From: a virus
Strand: one strand, 5' to 3'
DNA length: 36,958 bases
Virus record (IMG/VR): IMGVR_UViG_3300009455_000001
Shown here: one piece after another, positions 34,819 to 36,958 of the stretch
How the letters are laid out: each line of letters starts with the position of its first letter
Numbering within the stretch: the stretch's first letter is position 1
The notes under the pieces: generated by a model
What the model saw: the letters and a program-made list of their open reading frames with translations, nothing else
What the model was told of the DNA's origin: nothing
The model's database searches: none
Made by a program: the position numbers and the translations under genes

Positions 34819-35048
34819 AACGGGGGCTGTCTTCGTCTTTTTCATGCTCTTTTCTTTCTCCCCGCCGCCGACTATAATCCATTCTTGCCCGGTTTATTGC
34901 GCCTAACGTCGTGGCCAACAGTTGATCGTGCGGCTTTGCGCATGTCAACTTTGGCCTGTTGTTTGTCTGTATGTAAAGCACCTACTACAGCTACTGTTCT
35001 TCGGCGGCGGTTTTTTTGTATTTCTTCCCTGGCATTCCAGCCCCCGTT
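34819..35048. repeat. 230-bp nested palindromic element with perfect 11-bp terminal inverted repeats (MITE-like), copy A
   Basis: AACGGGGGCTG 34819-34829 / CAGCCCCCGTT 35038-35048; CCGCCGCCG 34862-34870 / CGGCGGCGG 35002-35010 followed by T7; central hairpin 34913-34956. Confidence 0.8.
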
Positions 35049-35068
35049 TCGCCTTTTTTTATGCAGTT

Positions 35069-35803
35069 TTATTTGGTTGAGGAATTAAATATTACAAGGC
35101 TATTCCAATCAATACGACCACTATCGTCACAAAAAGTATTTGCAAATTCTTTTGTGAATTTATTAATCATTTGTGAGTATGACTCAAGAAAAGCTTCATT
35201 TTTTTCTTTTGCTTTATAACCAAGCGGTTCAATGATCTCAGTGTATAATGTGGAATTACCAGAAATAAATTCCCAAAATTTCTACCCACAATATTTAAAG
35301 TACTCACCTTTGTCTGGCTTATTATCACGACCATAACAACAACCATTTACTGCAAAAATATTTAATTGTGAATTACTAGTCCTAAGAGCCTTTTTTGCTG
35401 TCTTAAAGTCACTTTTCATTTTAGCTATTTGGGAGCTGTTCCCCCAATTTGGTCCAGACTTAATTGTTACAATATTCCTTACTTTATCATTATCGAATTC
35501 AAGGTCAATACCAGTAATTCCAGATTTCCGCCCCCCAAACACTTTCCCATTAATAAAAATCGAAAGGCCTTCAAGCCAATCCCCAAAAATGCCCTCTTCA
35601 CTGGATGAAATATGAGCGTCAACCAAACTTTTAATGATTTGCTCAGCAGTAAGAACATATTTGGCTTTAAACAAGTATGGATTTTTTCGTTTTAGAACCT
35701 GTTTTAATTTTAAACCGTCAAGGCTTTGAATCCTTTTTTTATGAAAAGTTCCGATATTTTCTTCAACGTACAGCGTAACGTCTTTTAGGTTTAGGTTTTT
35801 CAT
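35069..35803 (-). pseudogene. Eco47II/PmeII-like type II restriction endonuclease interrupted by an in-frame TAG (35282-35284)
   Basis: RKNPYLFKAK, SSSEEGIFGDWLEGL, GIDLEF and IKSGPNWGNSSQ motifs. After the TAG the same frame stays open for 70 codons (KFWEFISGNSTLYTEIIEPLG...) to TAA 35069-35071. Confidence 0.6.
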
Positions 35804-36641
35804 ATTTTCCTTTTGGTTCGAGAAGGTAGAGTTCCACTGGTGGTAATTGACTTTTAACAATATCATAGTAATCTTTGACAATGTCTATACCTATTGAGTT
35901 ACGGCGCATTCTATTTGCTACAACCAAAGTTGTTCCTGAACCCATAAAGGGGTCTAAAACGATATCGTTTTCTTTGGTAAACAACTTAATAAACCATTCA
36001 GGAAGTTCTGCAGGAAACGCTGCACTATGGTTTTTATTGCTACATTCAGTAGCTAAATGAAGAACATTTGCTGGGTATGCTTTATCTCTTGCCAGCCAAT
36101 TTGAAATGTTTTTACCAAACCCACTCCCAACTTTGGAGTTATCGCGTGTTTTATCTGTTTCGCTCAGATTTTTTAAACGAGTTTTTGCCCAATCTCCCAT
36201 GGGTACCATGACATTTTCTTGGTACATATTAAAACTTTTTGATTTATTGAACTGAAGGAGACGTTCCCAAGCATCACGGAATCTATTTGGCCATTTTCCT
36301 GGGTAGCAGTTTTTTTTATGCCAGATGAATTCTTCTGTCCAAAGCCACCCTTGTTTTCGCATTTCTAAAATTAATTCCATGACATAAGTACTACGCTCAC
36401 CGTTCACTACCTTTTCTTTTATGTTTAAAATGAATGTGCCACTTGGCTTTAAAACACGAAGTAACTGCTGTGTTATTGGAAGAAACCATGAGACATAGCT
36501 ATCTGGATGTATTCCTCCATAAGTCCCTTTTCTTTGGTCTGCATAAGGTGGTGAAGTAACTATTAGGTCTACAGAATCAGTAGGAATTTTAAGAAGCTCT
36601 ACCTTGCTGTCTCCCAAATAAATATCTGTTTTAATTTCCAT
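35763..36641 (-). CDS. Type II DNA methyltransferase, beta-class amino-MTase (motif IV before motif I)
   Basis: 292 aa; TSPPYADQRK near the N-terminus, DPFMGSGTT near the C-terminus; GAAGG RBS; 3' end overlaps the endonuclease start. Confidence 0.85.
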   Translation of the reverse strand: MEIKTDIYLGDSKVELLKIPTDSVDLIVTSPPYADQRKGTYGGIHPDSYVSWFLPITQQLLRVLKPSGTFILNIKEKVVNGERSTYVMELILEMRKQGWLWTEEFIWHKKNCYPGKWPNRFRDAWERLLQFNKSKSFNMYQENVMVPMGDWAKTRLKNLSETDKTRDNSKVGSGFGKNISNWLARDKAYPANVLHLATECSNKNHSAAFPAELPEWFIKLFTKENDIVLDPFMGSGTTLVVANRMRRNSIGIDIVKDYYDIVKSQLPPVELYLLEPKGKYEKPKPKRRYAVR

Positions 36642-36667
36642 TTTAGCCTTCTATTGCTTAAGCCTTT

Positions 36668-36733
36668 AAACGAATAAATTTACTCTAAAAATAACTATTA
36701 GACACACATGAAACTTGTTATTTTTATTCGTTT
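36668..36733. promoter_or_regulatory. Perfect 11-bp inverted repeat AAACGAATAAA / TTTATTCGTTT upstream of the methyltransferase gene (candidate operator or 5' UTR hairpin)
   Basis: 36668-36678 and 36723-36733, read directly; 27-92 nt upstream of ATG 36641. Confidence 0.4.
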
Positions 36734-36747
36734 GACTCTTTCCTTTT

Positions 36748-36958
36748 AACGGGGGCTGTCTTCCATTTTTCTATTGTTTTTTTCTTCTGTCTTTCCGCCG
36801 CCGCCTACAATTTCCTTGTGCTTTACATATTGCAAACAACGGTTCGGCGCATGTATGCTGAAATTGCCTATAAGCAACTTCCACAAAGACTGCAATTTTT
36901 GCATACTGCGCCTGTTGTTTGCTGTTCTCCCGCACATTCCTTAGTTTTCTGCGGCGCG
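36748..36958. repeat. Copy B of the GC-clamped palindromic element (continues to about nt 131 after wrap-around)
   Basis: AACGGGGGCTGTCTTC 36748-36763 shared with copy A. CCGCCGCCGCC 36795-36805 pairs with GCGGCGCGG (116-124). Core hairpin 36832-36867 / 36892-36922. Confidence 0.75.
36836..36958. repeat. Terminal direct repeat, copy 2 (identical to 1-123)
   Basis: Read directly. Confidence 0.95.

Noticed and set aside
34790-34981. 63-aa minus-strand ORFs across the repeat elements (34790-34981 and 36746-36937) as a small paralogous protein family
   Set aside because: The two copies are similar at nucleotide level but the shared blocks fall in shifting frames (indels between blocks). There is no RBS, one copy needs a GTG start, and both lie entirely within palindromic non-coding-looking sequence.
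33068-35284. Stop-codon reassignment (TAG or TGA read as sense) as the explanation for the in-frame stops in the two endonuclease genes
   Set aside because: I checked the terminators of about 27 well-formed genes by eye. TAA, TAG (e.g. 33, 567, 8915, 10185, 11273, 16167, 19353, 21447) and TGA (e.g. 755, 2539, 4300, 12217, 22594, 24066) all end genes at sensible boundaries, and the 881- and 900-aa ORFs are unbroken under the standard code.

Overview
The window is a complete, self-closing dsDNA phage genome. The first 123 nt recur verbatim as the last 123 nt, giving a unit length of 36,835 bp. Coding density is high and nearly all genes are on the minus strand.

Late operon (minus strand, ~24.75 kb down to ~0.03 kb), podovirus-style: small and large terminase, a Zn-ribbon ORF, a GT2-TPR glycosyltransferase moron, a portal with a Gln-rich C-terminal tail, an acidic scaffold and the major capsid protein. 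These are followed by adaptor/nozzle-like tail genes carrying three LamG/ConA-like modules, a run of large low-complexity probable ejection proteins (one with an HExxH motif), several signal-peptide proteins, an M15 endolysin and a holin.

Replication/recombination module (32.09 kb down to 25.98 kb): Rad52/Sak-like annealase, an 87-aa SSB-tailed protein, a Gp157-like protein, a replisome organiser containing nine iterons, a T7 gp4-like primase-helicase, NinG and a phage sigma-70-family factor. Two short plus-strand operons of small ORFs lie at 24,998-25,970 and 32,182-32,723. I saw no integrase, repressor module, tRNA or CRISPR.

The most unusual part is the accessory region from 32.8 to 36.8 kb, wrapping to 0.46 kb. 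It holds two type II R-M modules whose methyltransferases are intact but whose endonuclease genes each carry an in-frame stop (TGA 33068-33070, TAG 35282-35284). It also holds a family of GC-clamped, nested palindromic repeats, one with perfect 11-bp terminal inverted repeats. A repeat copy starts ~110 nt upstream of each methyltransferase, and the two copies bracket the second R-M cassette.

All functional names come from motif recognition by eye. No database search, folding or alignment software was available.
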